Part shown: one piece after another, positions 40,583 through 53,088 of the stretch
Layout: the number at the start of each line of letters is the position of its first letter
How positions within the stretch are numbered: the first letter of the stretch is position 1
Origin: Diadema antillarum
Taxonomy: Eukaryota
Length of the DNA stretch: 64,000 nt
Assembly: GCF_040938485.1 (NCBI RefSeq)
Contig: NW_027270895.1
Coordinates: 2,170,001 to 2,234,000 of the forward strand
Direction of reading: 5' to 3'
Translations under genes and position numbers: made by a program
Notes under the pieces: model-generated
Seen by the model: the letters and a program-made list of their open reading frames with translations, nothing else
Told to the model about the DNA's origin: nothing
The model's database searches: none

Positions 40583-43156
40583 TTATTTTTCAACTGATTT
40601 ATTTGGCGTGTTTCCAACTTCTGTGTCCACCTCCTGACTGTAAGCTGAGTCACTAATGTCGCCCTTTATTTCACTGCCATTGGCCTCCAAGCCCTTGGAC
40701 TGGACTCGAACTATTTCAATGTTGTCTCCAGTATCCTCTTCTTTGCCTCTCCGCATATATACAACGCATCTGTACAACCCGACCAGTACAAGGGGTTCGA
40801 GATGGATAAAAAATGTGTAGAGAATTGGGTAGAAGAGCATATCTAGGAAGAGTGGTGAATCGACAAAGGAGAGTAGTGTCAAGGTCCAGGCAAGTCCCAC
40901 GTTCTGCGAGCCAGTCTCGAAGGCGATAGCACGGCACTTGGCATGAGGCTGTCGGAGCAAGAGGGCGAACCCGTAGCCTATGGCGAAGCCCAGGGCTGGA
41001 AGAACGATGGAGCACAACCACAGTCCCCACCCGGCTTTGTGGAAAGAAGGATTCAGAAGTATGCTGACGGCAACGGATCCGATAGTTGCAATAACCGCTA
41101 GAGTCAAGGATATCTGATGTAAGTGAGAAAACGTATGAACAAACAGATCAATTGATATTGATATCTTTTTTAGCCAGTCGAGCCCGGGCAATCGTTGCTG
41201 CCAATTAGATAGCAGAATTATCAATAACCATTTAATGATTATGCATTCGTCAAGATGATACTGCAAATTGATTTTTCCCATTTTCTTTGATATTTTGGCC
41301 TACCATTATCAACGAGTCGCAATCGAACGTTCACATGATCATCACGGTCATAAATCAATCCCAAGCATTTATGCTGTAGGACCTGGCGCTTCTGACATTT
41401 TTATATTTGGATTTTCACCTCTGGCATGTTTATATACCCCTGACATTTCTGTCGTTAACCTAACATGGGATATTTCCACTGAATTCTAACAATGTCCAAT
41501 ATTTGATGCCTGATTTAAAAATGTACAAAATGTGATAATTTTCTTATGATTAAAGTAAAGATAGATAAAACAAATGAAGACTGGAAATCATTTTGCCCGA
41601 GAGTTTTTGTAATTAAATTTTGTATAGGATGTAGTTTTCTATTAAGCAAATACTAAAAAAGAAAATTGGACCTATACACTCTCACTCACTCGTGAAATCC
41701 AAGTCGTCCAGGCCTCTTTCCACCAGTGCAGGAACATTCCAAAGGAAACTGGGATCAAGATAGTGATGAGGGTTGTAAAAATATCAAGGTAAGGAACAAC
41801 CGCTGACTCACTGGTCCACACACGAGAGTAGATAAAGAGATTAAGAGGCATCATCCCTATAGCGGCAGCTGTGGAAACCGTTGTCATGGAAACACTGAAA
41901 TGAGAAGGAGAGGAACAAATGCAACTGTTATTCGTTCATTCAGTTTTAAATGATAATAGTGTGTCGTACTTTACGCGTGAGAGCATGCCGCAAGAGTTAA
42001 AATTGTGTCCATAATAAGTGGTTAAGATCATTTTCTTTTCTTTACGTTTGTTTCAGTGATGATTGATTTATCTGTTGCAAAAGGGGTGCTGAAGAAGGTA
42101 TCAATGATAATGAAAGTTGAACTTAAAATTGCAGCCTGGAAATTAAACAGCGATAGAGAAAGAAAACAAATATTATATCAGACAGGGATTTAACTACAAC
42201 AGGTGTCTTCAGAAAGACATTTTAGAAAACATGTGCAGCAACATATTAGAGGAAAGGGGAAGGAAAAAAAAATGTTACCTAAGACACACGTCCCCATTCG
42301 TCCAGTACGTAAAAACATTAGAAAGGGTACCACCTGGGCAGCATGCCAGTATGAGGACCGATAGGGCGCCGGCCACTTCAAGTTTCAAGGCCAGGCTGAG
42401 GCAGAACCCGATGAGAGGCATCAGTATAAACTGTGACGCCATGCCGATGAAAAATCCGGCGGGATGACGAAACTGTGCACGAAAAGAAAAAGAGAAAAAG
42501 GTGTTAATAAAGCGAGACCGCAGCCCTCATGTCAGGCTTTCAGTTCAGCCCTTATAGGGCAATTAAATTTTTCATAATTGTCTTTGACTTGTCTGATACA
42601 TATCTTTCCTTCGACCATGAAAATAGATGTCATGATCATCTTTAAAATGTCAGCCGTCCCATTATTCCACATACTTTCAAAGTTTCTAAATTTCTGTTAA
42701 TGTCGAAAGTTGAAAATATGGAATTGATTTGCTTTTTGTGTGTTTTTCATCTTAAACTGATAAATTATATTTTGAATTCATAATGGTATGCCTCCCTTTA
42801 AAACTTCCACAGTCTTTTGTTCATCATCCTGCATGTAGGTTTTGTTCCCTTCATGAATTATTTAGAAGTGAATAGAAGATATCAATTTAAAAAAAAAGGC
42901 AAACGAATGTTACATAATGTCCACAAACCGTTTCTTTAAGGTGCTTAAAGTCAATGGTCACGCCCATTGACAGCATCATCAGCACCAATGCTGAAGTGGC
43001 CAAAATCTGTGACGCCAATGTTAGATTCACTCCACCATCATTTGGAGGGTTAGCAGTGGTGTCATTTCCAGTAATATTTGGCATTGTCGTAGACGGCACA
43101 GTCGACCCGGTGATCCAGATAACAGTCACGTCCGTAGCATACTGCCCGTATTCCAT
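40583..43156 (-). CDS. SLC10-family Na+-dependent bile-acid/steroid transporter-like, copy D (intact, 385 aa)
   Basis: complement(join(40583..41113,41690..41894,42279..42472,42929..43156)) = 1158 nt, all GT-AG, same intron phases as copy C and same SLC10 motifs. Confidence 0.92.
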
Positions 43157-45149
43157 ATTGTGCAGGAGGAAAGACGCAGCAGTGAGAATTTCCCAAGCTC
43201 TGATTGCCTAAATAGGAAGAGTATCTAAAAGACACAGCGCACAGGATCATAGCAGCCTCATCATTTTCTAACAAACGAAATGGAAATTGTCAAGAATCCA
43301 TCAGCGTAAAGGGGCAGGATTACAATGAACTGCACAAATAAAAAAGGTCACCATTCAAAGTCATCACACTAATAAACCATACTAGCTGAGATTATTTTCT
43401 TTACTTAATATTATATATGTTATTTTTTCTCATAACCGGGAAAGGCAAGGCTCATAAAAGACTTTCATACACACATTGGAAACTTACGGAATTTCAAAAC
43501 AAATAATGAAGGTGTTACTTTGGACACATCACATCTGCTTTGTTGGATGGAGTTCAAGAATCGTGACAAAACAGATGAGACTGCTGCCTGCCTTATTTTC
43601 AACGCTATTAGCATTTTTCCCCCTGTCTTACACACTCTGGATTGAGTTATTTTGTGTTTTTGTTTCAGTAGCTATTCATCGCTGAGCATTTTTTTTATGA
43701 GGTATCCGCTCAATGTCAGATGTCAGACAATGCTAACAAGATAAGCTGATAAGATAGAATAATAAAAAAGTAATAATTCGTGAGACTGTATTTCAATCTA
43801 GTCGTAACAAAAAAAAATCGCCTTCTTAAAGGGATGCCGTTCGTTTCATGAATCAGGGCACCTGAAAGTACCCCATCAACCAACAGGACTATAATACAAA
43901 TATTCCCATGTTCCCCATATTTTGGCAATAATTGTAACTACGAGGTTTCATTTCTCGCTATGTCACATTCCATAACATCCATCTTTTGTGAACACTTTCC
44001 TCCCTAACGCTAACCTAAACTGTATGTATGTATAAAGTTTCATTTCCTTTGACTCGTTTTACCAGTTTCGTAACTATACAAGCTCTGCTTTTAACAGTGT
44101 CATCCATTTCCATGTAGCCTACTTGTCTTGATATTTGTATAAAATTGTATAATGTATCATTTTTTATCGCATTGTTGTATCATTTGTAAAGTGTAATCAA
44201 AAGTTGTAATTGTATATTTTGGGAATGAAATAAACGGAACCTTTCACCAGTTCTCATAGTGTCATTGGATTGCCGTAGGCTCCCAAAAGATTAACAGCTA
44301 CCTAATACTCCTTTGTTTCATAACGTTGTAAGGGGGCTAGGAGAGGACGAACGGCAGCTGATTATACCAGGTGACCTTTACAAAAAGTAGTTTGCCATGA
44401 TTGCAATTTGCAATTTGCATCTGATTCGTTCGGTTGGATGTTGTGACTTGCAGTTGTCTTTGAAGAGCTTTATAAAATGGTGCCCAAGAGCTAGCTGTAC
44501 GAAATCAATCTCATCTTTATCTTTGTTGAGAAAACGTGGGACCTGACGGTATTAGAACTTTCTCCTTTATCGTATTAACTGGCAGCTAACATTATAAGTT
44601 GCCTCTGGAGCGCACACACATAATTCAAGTCATGTTAAAAGTTAGGTCTATGTTCATACAATGAATGTTTTTTTAACTTCTAAGCTAACTTCAATGATAA
44701 GTTCTTGCCCCCTAAACTACGAACAAGAATCTAACTTGATAATTAAACCACGGAACGTGATGTTTTCACGATGACCACCAGCACGAGGGGCACTGTATTT
44801 ACATTCAGAAAGATGACCCGAAAGCTAAAGGGACTGGGCAATCACGGAGAGGTCACGCTTACTTCGAGTTCGTTTATCTTGTCCACACAATGCTTTCCAA
44901 TGCGGCTCGTGGATAGAGCAGGTACCCGCATGATTCAGGCCCCTGTTTTATGAAGAGCAATAATTGATTATATACTTGATTTTTATGGTAAGTTTATTGC
45001 AGCCTGTGTGGTCAGCACGTTTTAATAGATTATATATTTTGATGAAACGGGACCCTGGAATACTGTTTTGCCAAGGATCACATGCTGTCTCCAAGGTGCA
45101 GATTTACAATCTTGTGTGCCAGGTCACGATCGGTTACATGGTTATGCGT

Positions 45150-45450
45150 ATAAATGTAAAATATCTAGTGCGACAATATTTACACGAAGGAATTCTTTTT
45201 ACAGTACATGCATGCATTGCCGTTTTGAAACTTCGGATCATTGATATTCAGAGAGCATGCATCATCATTTACTGCTTTCTTAAGAAAATAAACACGCTTT
45301 ATATTTCTAATTTCACAAGAAAAAGAGTTCCACCTATTGGGTCCGATGACTCTGATAGATTTCAGAGCCGTCTCCGTTTTAGGATTATGTAAATGAAATT
45401 TATCAGATTGTCTTGTTGGATAAGAATGTTTGTTCTTGTTCAATTACCGA
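45150..45450 (-). mobile_element. 3' fragment of a CR1/L2-group LINE ORF2
   Basis: HSYPTRQSDKFHLHNPKT...SIRVIGPNRWNS resembles the ORF2 C-terminus at 26440-26570 of this window. Confidence 0.6.
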
Positions 45451-46119
45451 AATGATGATAAGAAGACAACAACAACAACAAAAAAGAAGGAAGAAGTTAC
45501 CAATCGACAGTCATGTATGCAAAACATAAAGAGTAAACTTTGTTTAAAAATGATATCATTCGCAATAAGTGATTTTAATTTTGGGAATAAAGGATCTGAA
45601 TAATCCTGAAAATCCTAAGTTATTGCACACACGAACATTTTTCTTTTGTAAAAGAAATATATTGCCATTTCAAAAGAAAACTCTTGTTGAAATCCAGTTA
45701 AAATTGGATGGAGAAATGTAAGGATGATCTAATGCACAAGGTCATCGAGTTGAGCGAGGAGCACAATTTGTAGGTTCGATATTTCTTATCATCTTAGCAA
45801 CTAAAGTTTAATCATACACTTGCAAAATCATCTGGTAAATTTGAGCCATAAATATAGATCCCTGTTCACTGTAACCCGAAGTATGTAGATAATCAGAGAA
45901 AATCTGTTGCATGCGGTTGGTGATGTCAAAGTGAACTCTATAAAAACAATCGTCGAGCACCATGGCCCGATACAGAACTCTCCTCCAGTTGACCCACTTC
46001 TTCATCTGCTGCAGGATAACCCCCCATCTGCCCTCGTTTTTTTTGTTTTTTGTTTTGTTTTTTGTCTGGACGATAAGCTAATTGCACCATTACCTCTGCA
46101 CGTTAAGCAAACCTGGAAG

Positions 46120-47030
46120 ATCTGGATTACACAGGTTTAGACTGAGGTGGATAACACAGTATGACATGACCTTACTGCACAGTGTGGAGACATCAGTTTG
46201 TCACACTGTGTTATCTACCACAGTTTGTCACACTGTTGTATTCATGTGATGATGACACTCATTTGTCACAGTACAACGCTCTATTTTACCACAGTATGAC
46301 AATAACACAGCGTAACCACACGTCCCAATTTCATAGGTTACCATAGACTGGCATACCACACTGTGTTCCACACTGTGGATCAGAGTGTGATCGACTATGT
46401 GGCAACACTATGACTGTTCCATAAGGGTTTCAGCAGCTGAAATGAATGGCATGTTGCAGGACATATAATACAGATCTTTACAGCTGAAAATAAGGCTGCA
46501 GGATATTCACACTGCCAAATAGCCTGGTCTACAAGATCCCTCCCCTCCCCCCCCCCCCCCCTTCGCTGGAAAGAGCACAGTGTCACCACAGTGACTAGTA
46601 AAATTAGCATGACTCACCAAGTGAGCACAGTGTGAACACACTGTAAATCACACTGTGAAGAACACTAGGAATTGTGATTCTTGTTGTGAACAAACTAATA
46701 AAATCTAGAGTTTTAATGTGTAATCACAATATGTTGACATTGTTAGCAATCACATTGTGAACTACTAGTTCTCATAATGTGAAATATAATGTGAAATCCC
46801 CACGACATGGTGATACGTCTTCAAACTATGACATATTCACCACGTTGTTAAGCGCAAACTACATTATGAAAGTCTCACCATGCTGTTGAGATACACACCA
46901 TATTGTGAAATATCCACCACGTAGTGAGATATAATACACCTCATTGTGAAAAACCCACCAAGCTCTGAAACATTTCACAGAGTTGATCAACCACACTTTG
47001 AGTGCCCTATGTGAACAAACAAAACTAATA
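46120..47030. repeat. Degenerate motif-rich repeat (CACAGT/ACTGTG and TGTGA/TCACA), probably an old non-autonomous DNA element
   Basis: Dozens of short motif copies in both orientations; termini not resolved. Confidence 0.45.
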
Positions 47031-47065
47031 TGAAATCACAATATTACTTTGAAGACACGTATTTA

Positions 47066-47330
47066 CAAATTTGATATGATTTGATTTGATTTATTTACTA
47101 TTTGCCATTTTCAAGTACATCAAAACTCCGCAAATTTCATTCACATTATGCAAGATAAGAGTAAAATGGCTTCCTTTCACAAATATCATTTCATCAATTA
47201 ATAAGTTCATCTGCGATATATTACATGACTTACATCTTAATTTGTATACAGAACGATTGCCAAGAATAAGTACAAAGCCTGACTGACAATTCCGATAAGT
47301 AATGATCAGACTCGGTCTGAAAATACAAGT
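47066..47330 (-). mobile_element. Probable LINE 3' end with (AATCA)n tail
   Basis: Minus strand ends AAATAAATCAAATCAAATCATATCAAAT. Confidence 0.4.
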
Positions 47331-47530
47331 TGTAGCATTCCGTACGCTTTATGAGGCCTTTTGTCGGTAATGAATCTACTAAACATTCTATGGATATAAT
47401 TATACAGTTAGAGCCTTCTGCAGAAAGCCGGATGTCTCGGGTTCAAATCCCGATAGAAAAACCATTTTCTTCGCTCAAAGTTGTCACTTTATACATCATA
47501 AGTTTCTGGTTACTTTTTCTTATGTTTGTC

Positions 47531-47577
<47 letters not shown>

Positions 47578-49542
47578 AGAGGTTTTTGTTCAATATTCTT
47601 TATTATATGAATAAACATTGTGACATAAAGGGCATAGGTTGCCTCCTGGATTAAACAGGAGACACAAGGCAAAGACAAAGGACAATACAGAATAACATGT
47701 AAATACATCTTACCTAATAAAAGACACACTCAGTGGTTACACATACAAAATCGTAAACAAATTGACAATATACTGTATATATAAGTCTTTTCGCAGTTGT
47801 AACTGCGCATGCGCGAGAAAATCGGGTTTGGAGATAAATTAACCAAACAGTCAATGCGTGCGCGGCTCGGGCAGGGCGATCGAATCGACAGGTGATTCGT
47901 GAATGCATTGTGGATGTTGGCGGACCAACGAACGGTAATTTTTGCCGACATTCTGTGAATCTTGACTCTAGGCCTTTGATAATCTGTTTATCTATATATT
48001 CCTATATTAATGAATCATGTATTTTTTTTTTTTTATTTTATTTTTTTTTTTGCGTTGTGAGATTTTAGACGATCTTCAATCATAGTCAGTTTTAGACTAG
48101 GTCCAGGCTAACTGCGACAGCCGTCGCACGAAGCGGCGCGGTCCCCGGGGCTAGGTCCAGGCTAGGACAGGTAGGCCGGATAACGTGGCTTTCAGACAAA
48201 ACATCACATATTAAAGATAATGGATGGGACTGTTAGTGTTGTTAAGAATGAGGTTCTAACTTCTATAAATGGCATAGATTTCTAGGCCTAATGTTGAATA
48301 TGTTTTCAGGTGCAATATTTATTCATGGTTACGTACAGGCCAGGAACTGATGTTTGAGATTGCATTAATTGGATTTTTGACAAAAATACTCTTATGTTTG
48401 AATTCTGAATTCTGTCGATTTGATTGTTATGTAGACTGTTAGGTCTAGAGCACTCATAGAGCACTTACTATACCCAGTAATGGTAAATGACACCACCTTT
48501 TCTTCATGAATATTTGCTTCAAATATTTACTCTTTTAAATTACTTTTTGCAAATTCAAATTCATTGTTAGTTTACATCAATATCAAACATCCAGAAAGTG
48601 CTGAAAACATAAGCTAACAGTAACATCCAAATGTTAAAAGAAAAAAAAATTATACCTACTTTAATTCCATAGTCACCAAAATGATCCCGTACGGTTTTGG
48701 GACTTTTGTACACGAGTGTGCACTCAAACAAATGCCACTGTATTTTACGTTCGTGCCCGTATAAGGTCATATTACTTGTAATTTGACCTTGTACTTGTAG
48801 AAGTGGTCTAGAGAAGACTATAGATCTACGTGTAAACTCAGCCTATAGTATGAGTATGACATGTTATTGTAAAACCTTAATTAAATGGGAGTCTTTGGAT
48901 GAGAGAGCACATTTTTTTGTCACTGTGAGAAAGATGTTGAAGGTGTGAGTGTAAAGTTGTTATGTTTAATATTGTGTACGGTGTGCGTGTATGTCTTAGC
49001 ATCTTGTTTACATTTGTGGAGAGTGAGTCATCAGATCTATGTCTAGCGTCAGAGCATGAAAGAGGCTTGCAAGTAATATTGCATAACCATGCACAGTGCC
49101 TGATTCCCCCATTCTGCGGGGAGCAGTCGATTTGGTTCACAATTCCAATTGTTCTAACTTCTCCGCAGGATGGTGGTGGTGGATTTGACAAGCACCGGCA
49201 TGGTACTGTGCACTGTTTCTTTATGCAACCTACTTTTTGGTCTTTGCTTCCTTCATTTTTTTTTTAATTGACAGAACCCTTTCCGGTGTAACTATCGAAA
49301 ATCCTTACATGTTGGTCTATATTGCTATATATTTTTTTGTGTATCGTTATATTTCTTTCATGTTCAATGCCCAACTAGCTATGCATTAATTCAGTTGGGC
49401 CTAGAAGATGATTAATTATGCCTACTTTTGTGTGCTGGGCAGTAGAGCCAGCACATTTTAGTTTTTACACATAAAGATGGTTTGGATAGATAGTATCGTA
49501 AATTATTTTGTTTCCTTTTCTTCCACTTCAGCTCGAATCACC

Positions 49543-51117
49543 ATGAAGCTGTGTGCAGTTGTCGGCTGTAGCAATGGATCTTATCAGCTGGATAAGTGGA
49601 AGCAGGGAAAATGCTCCAAGCATCAAACTTTCAATGGACTAGGGTGTTGTGATTGTGATCCTCCATTTCATCTCTTCCCATTTCCCACTGAGAAGCAAGA
49701 TCAAGATGGCAGAAGGCGATGGAATAAGCTTATGAACCAAAAGGATCAATCAACTGGTAAAAACTGGATAAACAAACCTCATGATAGAGTGTGTTCGAAA
49801 CATTTCCCGGATGGGAAACCAACCTTGGCGCATCCTGATCCTGTACTTCATCTTGGATACAAACTTTCACCGCAAATAGCACCAAAGCGTGCACCACCAA
49901 GAGATCGTGAAGAGCCAACCAAATCTAGGAAAAGAGTTTGCCGTACTCCCACTACATCTTCAACACCAAGTCCATCTATTGGCATGGCTGCTTCAGTGAA
50001 GGTTGAAGAGGATCACAGGTACACTTACAAGTGTGATTGCAAGCCTAGTTGTGATTGTGTAGGCTGCATCCAAAAACAGGCAAAAATTATTTCTCTTGAA
50101 CACAGAGTCAAGGAGTTACAACACAAATTAATTTCAAGACAAACTGAAAACAAAGGACCAAAGAGCTGCAGAAAGAAACTTATATGTGCAGAGAACATAA
50201 GTACTGACAAAGATGTTAACCATTGTACAGGTATCAGCTCCAAACAAGCATTTGAGGACATGTACAAATTTGTAGAGCCTCATGCAAAGACAATGAGCTA
50301 CTGGAAGAGTGCTAAATGTAGCAGGAAAGGCCGTCCATTCAAGGGTACCCCAAAGAAATCTGGTCCAAGGAGAAAATTGCAACTCAAGGATGAATTTCTA
50401 CTTGTTCTGATGCGTCTTCGATTAGACTTGACTGTCCAGTTTCTAGCATTGCTGTTTGGAATTGTATCCAGCACATGCTCCCAGATAATTACAACTTGGT
50501 TAAGGTTCCTTGCAATGACCCTAAAACCTCTGATTGTGTGGCCAAACAGATCATCCATCTCTCTTAATATGCCCATACAATTTAGGAAGCACTGCCGGAA
50601 CATTAGATCCATAATTGACTGCACGGAAATATTCATTGAGAGGCCACGATCACTTGACCTGCAGGCATCAACTTGGTCAGATTATAAGAAACATAATACC
50701 ATTAAAGTATTAGTTGGGATCACGCCAAATGGGCATATTTCCTTCTTGTCAAAAGCCTACGGAGGAAGAGCATCTGATGTTGCAATCTTCAGAGAAAGTG
50801 GGTTTCTAAGCCTCCTAGACCCAAATGATGTTGTAATGGCCGATAGGGGATTTCCAATACAGGAAGAATTACTCTTGCACCATGCTACGCTTGAAATACC
50901 ACCAGCTGCACAAGGCAAGCGTCAGATGACAAGGAGTAAAGTGCAAAAGACAAAAGTTATTGCCAATCTTAGAATTCATGTGGAGAGAGCAATTAATCGT
51001 TTGAAAGATTTTAAAATCTTAAACAACACAATGCCTCTCACACTTGTACCCAGCGCAGATGATATATTGATTGTATGTGCAGCTCTAGTTAATCTGCAAC
51101 CAGATCTTATTAAGTGA
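49543..51117 (+). CDS. THAP-domain DDE transposase (THAP + HTH + DDE_Tnp_4/Harbinger-type), intact, 524 aa
   Basis: THAP C2CH (CAVVGC...RVCSKHF); HTH LMRLRL...LALLFGI; catalytic IIDCTE, MADRGF and IHVERAI. Start placed at ATG 49543, just after a polypyrimidine-CAG acceptor. Confidence 0.93.
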   Translation: MKLCAVVGCSNGSYQLDKWKQGKCSKHQTFNGLGCCDCDPPFHLFPFPTEKQDQDGRRRWNKLMNQKDQSTGKNWINKPHDRVCSKHFPDGKPTLAHPDPVLHLGYKLSPQIAPKRAPPRDREEPTKSRKRVCRTPTTSSTPSPSIGMAASVKVEEDHRYTYKCDCKPSCDCVGCIQKQAKIISLEHRVKELQHKLISRQTENKGPKSCRKKLICAENISTDKDVNHCTGISSKQAFEDMYKFVEPHAKTMSYWKSAKCSRKGRPFKGTPKKSGPRRKLQLKDEFLLVLMRLRLDLTVQFLALLFGIVSSTCSQIITTWLRFLAMTLKPLIVWPNRSSISLNMPIQFRKHCRNIRSIIDCTEIFIERPRSLDLQASTWSDYKKHNTIKVLVGITPNGHISFLSKAYGGRASDVAIFRESGFLSLLDPNDVVMADRGFPIQEELLLHHATLEIPPAAQGKRQMTRSKVQKTKVIANLRIHVERAINRLKDFKILNNTMPLTLVPSADDILIVCAALVNLQPDLIK

Positions 51118-52020
51118 TGTTCAGGTGGACTACAAACTTTTGTGGTAGTTTTATGTCATGACTATGATTCAAAATATTTTTGTGAGGTCAAATAACTGAA
51201 AAAAAATTGTAATGGAAAAGATGTACATATATATCCAAAACAGAGTAAAGTTTCAATTCTTCAAAGTGATGTCTTACTGCTTTTGTACTTAAAAAAAAAA
51301 ATTACATATACTACAAAGTATTTCTTCGAAAATATTTTCTTTCATATCCTTTTCCCCCCTCTCGTGCTTTGAAAGAGACAGCAAAACAACACAGTGGTGG
51401 ATCCAGGCAGGGGACAAAGTTGATGCGCGCTCCCTCTGTAATTTTAAGCCACAAGATAGTTATGGTAAATTGCAAAAATTGAATGAAATCAAATTTTTTT
51501 ATAAATGTGCTATTTTGTGGTGCTGGGTGAATAATTTTAATGCTTTGTTAAATCATTTTCAAAAGAAAATACCGAAAACTTTGGAAATATTGAATTGTTC
51601 CCATATAGGTATTGTATGTACTACATGTAGGGTCCTATAGTGATATTTTGCCATTTGTCATAATTATAAATGAAAATATGTTGTACAAAATGATTGCAAG
51701 TACTAGTAGGTTTAATTGTGTTTTGGGACAAAATCCAGCACTTTCTGTAGATCAAGTAAAAAATTTTTGAATTCACCAAAACATTGAATGTGTACACTAA
51801 TATAGCTAAATCTAATTGTCATTTTGTGCCAATTTTATATTTGCTCTTTGTGCCCCCACTCATTCCAAATCCTGGCTTGTGTAATAGAATCAATGCTCAA
51901 TCCATTCTAAATTTCATCTCACATTGTCTTAGGTGCTGTTGATGTAATGCACCTAACATTGCTTTTAGGTGCTAAATGGTTTCTAATGTGTTTATCATTT
52001 AACTTTGACCAATTGTTATA

Positions 52021-52572
52021 CAGGGTGGCCCAGAAAAAATGGCCTAACCTATTTCCCACGGATTGTTTTTGCAATGAATGGTATCAGTGGATGAGGTAAC
52101 GTCTTCTGAGAAAAATGACACCAAGATCAGAAAATTTGGTTCAGCAGTTTTCATTTAATAGTACATTGTGTGGGGCAAAGTCACGCCTTAGAATTGTTCT
52201 CTTGTCGGCTACCCCTGAACTGAAAATGGTGGAAATCCGGGCGTACCACAGCTAGAAAGAGTAATCAGATTAAGTTGATCAATTCTTACGAGTAGTCTCT
52301 AGTCAATACAATTTATCAACTGAATCAGATTACCCTAAACAACTGTGGTACGCTCAAATATCCACTATTTTCAGTTTAGGGTTAGCCGACGAGAAAATTT
52401 TTAGGGCTCGACATTACCTGACAAAATGTACTAGAAAATGAAAACTACTCAACCAAATTTGCTCATCTTGGTGTCACTTTTCTAATCAGATGTTACCTTA
52501 TCCACTGATACCATTCATTGCAAAAACAATCCGTGGAAAATAGGTTAGGCCGTTTTTTTCTGGGCCGCCCTG
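52021..52572. mobile_element. Tc1/mariner-type MITE with long TIRs
   Basis: TA|CAGGGTGGCCCAGAAAAAA ... TTTTTTTCTGGGCCGCCCTG|TA; inverted similarity extends ~200 bp. Confidence 0.88.
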
Positions 52573-52689
52573 TATAGTAAATAAAGAAGCTTTAATAGGA
52601 GTGAACTGTAATTTGTTAAACAAATTTCGGCATTACTCTCATGTGGTGAAGGTCGCATGTTCGATCTGTAATGAATATCGCAAGTCACC

Positions 52690-52765
52690 AAGTCACAAAA
52701 AAACTGGAAGTGGGATTCAAACCTGCCATCTACTGCATGCAGGGCAGGAACTTGCCCACCAGGCT
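52690..52765 (-). other. tRNA-derived (SINE-head-like) fragment
   Basis: Minus strand CCTGGTGGGCAAGTTCCTGCCCTGCATGCAGTAGATGGCAGGTTTGAATCCCACTTCCAGTTTTTT has a degenerate B box and a T-run; no complete cloverleaf. Confidence 0.35.
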
Positions 52766-52900
52766 GTTCTGGTTCAAGGCCAAGTCACAATCTTCGGCAC
52801 GTGGGAGTAATGCTGAACACTTGTTTGAAAATTATTGTAATATTCAGGCGCGGTTCTACGGGGAAGAGGGGGGCTTAATTGTACATTATATGTCAGTATA

Positions 52901-53088
52901 CAGGGAAACCCCGTTATAACGAGCTCGGATATAGCGAGATATCGCTTTCAACGAGGAGATTTTACTGGTCCCATTTTCATTTGCACATATCAAAATGGTA
53001 CAAAAATGCATACGTTTATAACGAGGTACCGGTTATAACGAGGAAAAATTGGCGGTCCCTTGGACCTCGTTATAACGGGGTTTCCCTG
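52901..53088. mobile_element. 188-bp pogo/Tigger-like MITE
   Basis: TA|CAGGGAAACCCCGTTATAACGAG ... CTCGTTATAACGGGGTTTCCCTG|TA, perfect 23-bp TIR. Confidence 0.9.

Noticed and set aside
31565-43156. Assigning a specific gene symbol (SLC10A2, A6 or other) to copies C and D
   Set aside because: Family membership is clear, but orthology needs a phylogeny.
45808-46005. 65-aa minus-strand ORF with an upstream CAG as a possible exon of another gene
   Set aside because: No recognisable motif and no partner exons; lies beside repeat-derived DNA.
47405-47460. GGTTCAAATCC B-box segment as a tRNA gene (also 11906-11994 and 52690-52765)
   Set aside because: No complete cloverleaf or acceptor stem; at most SINE or tRNA remnants.
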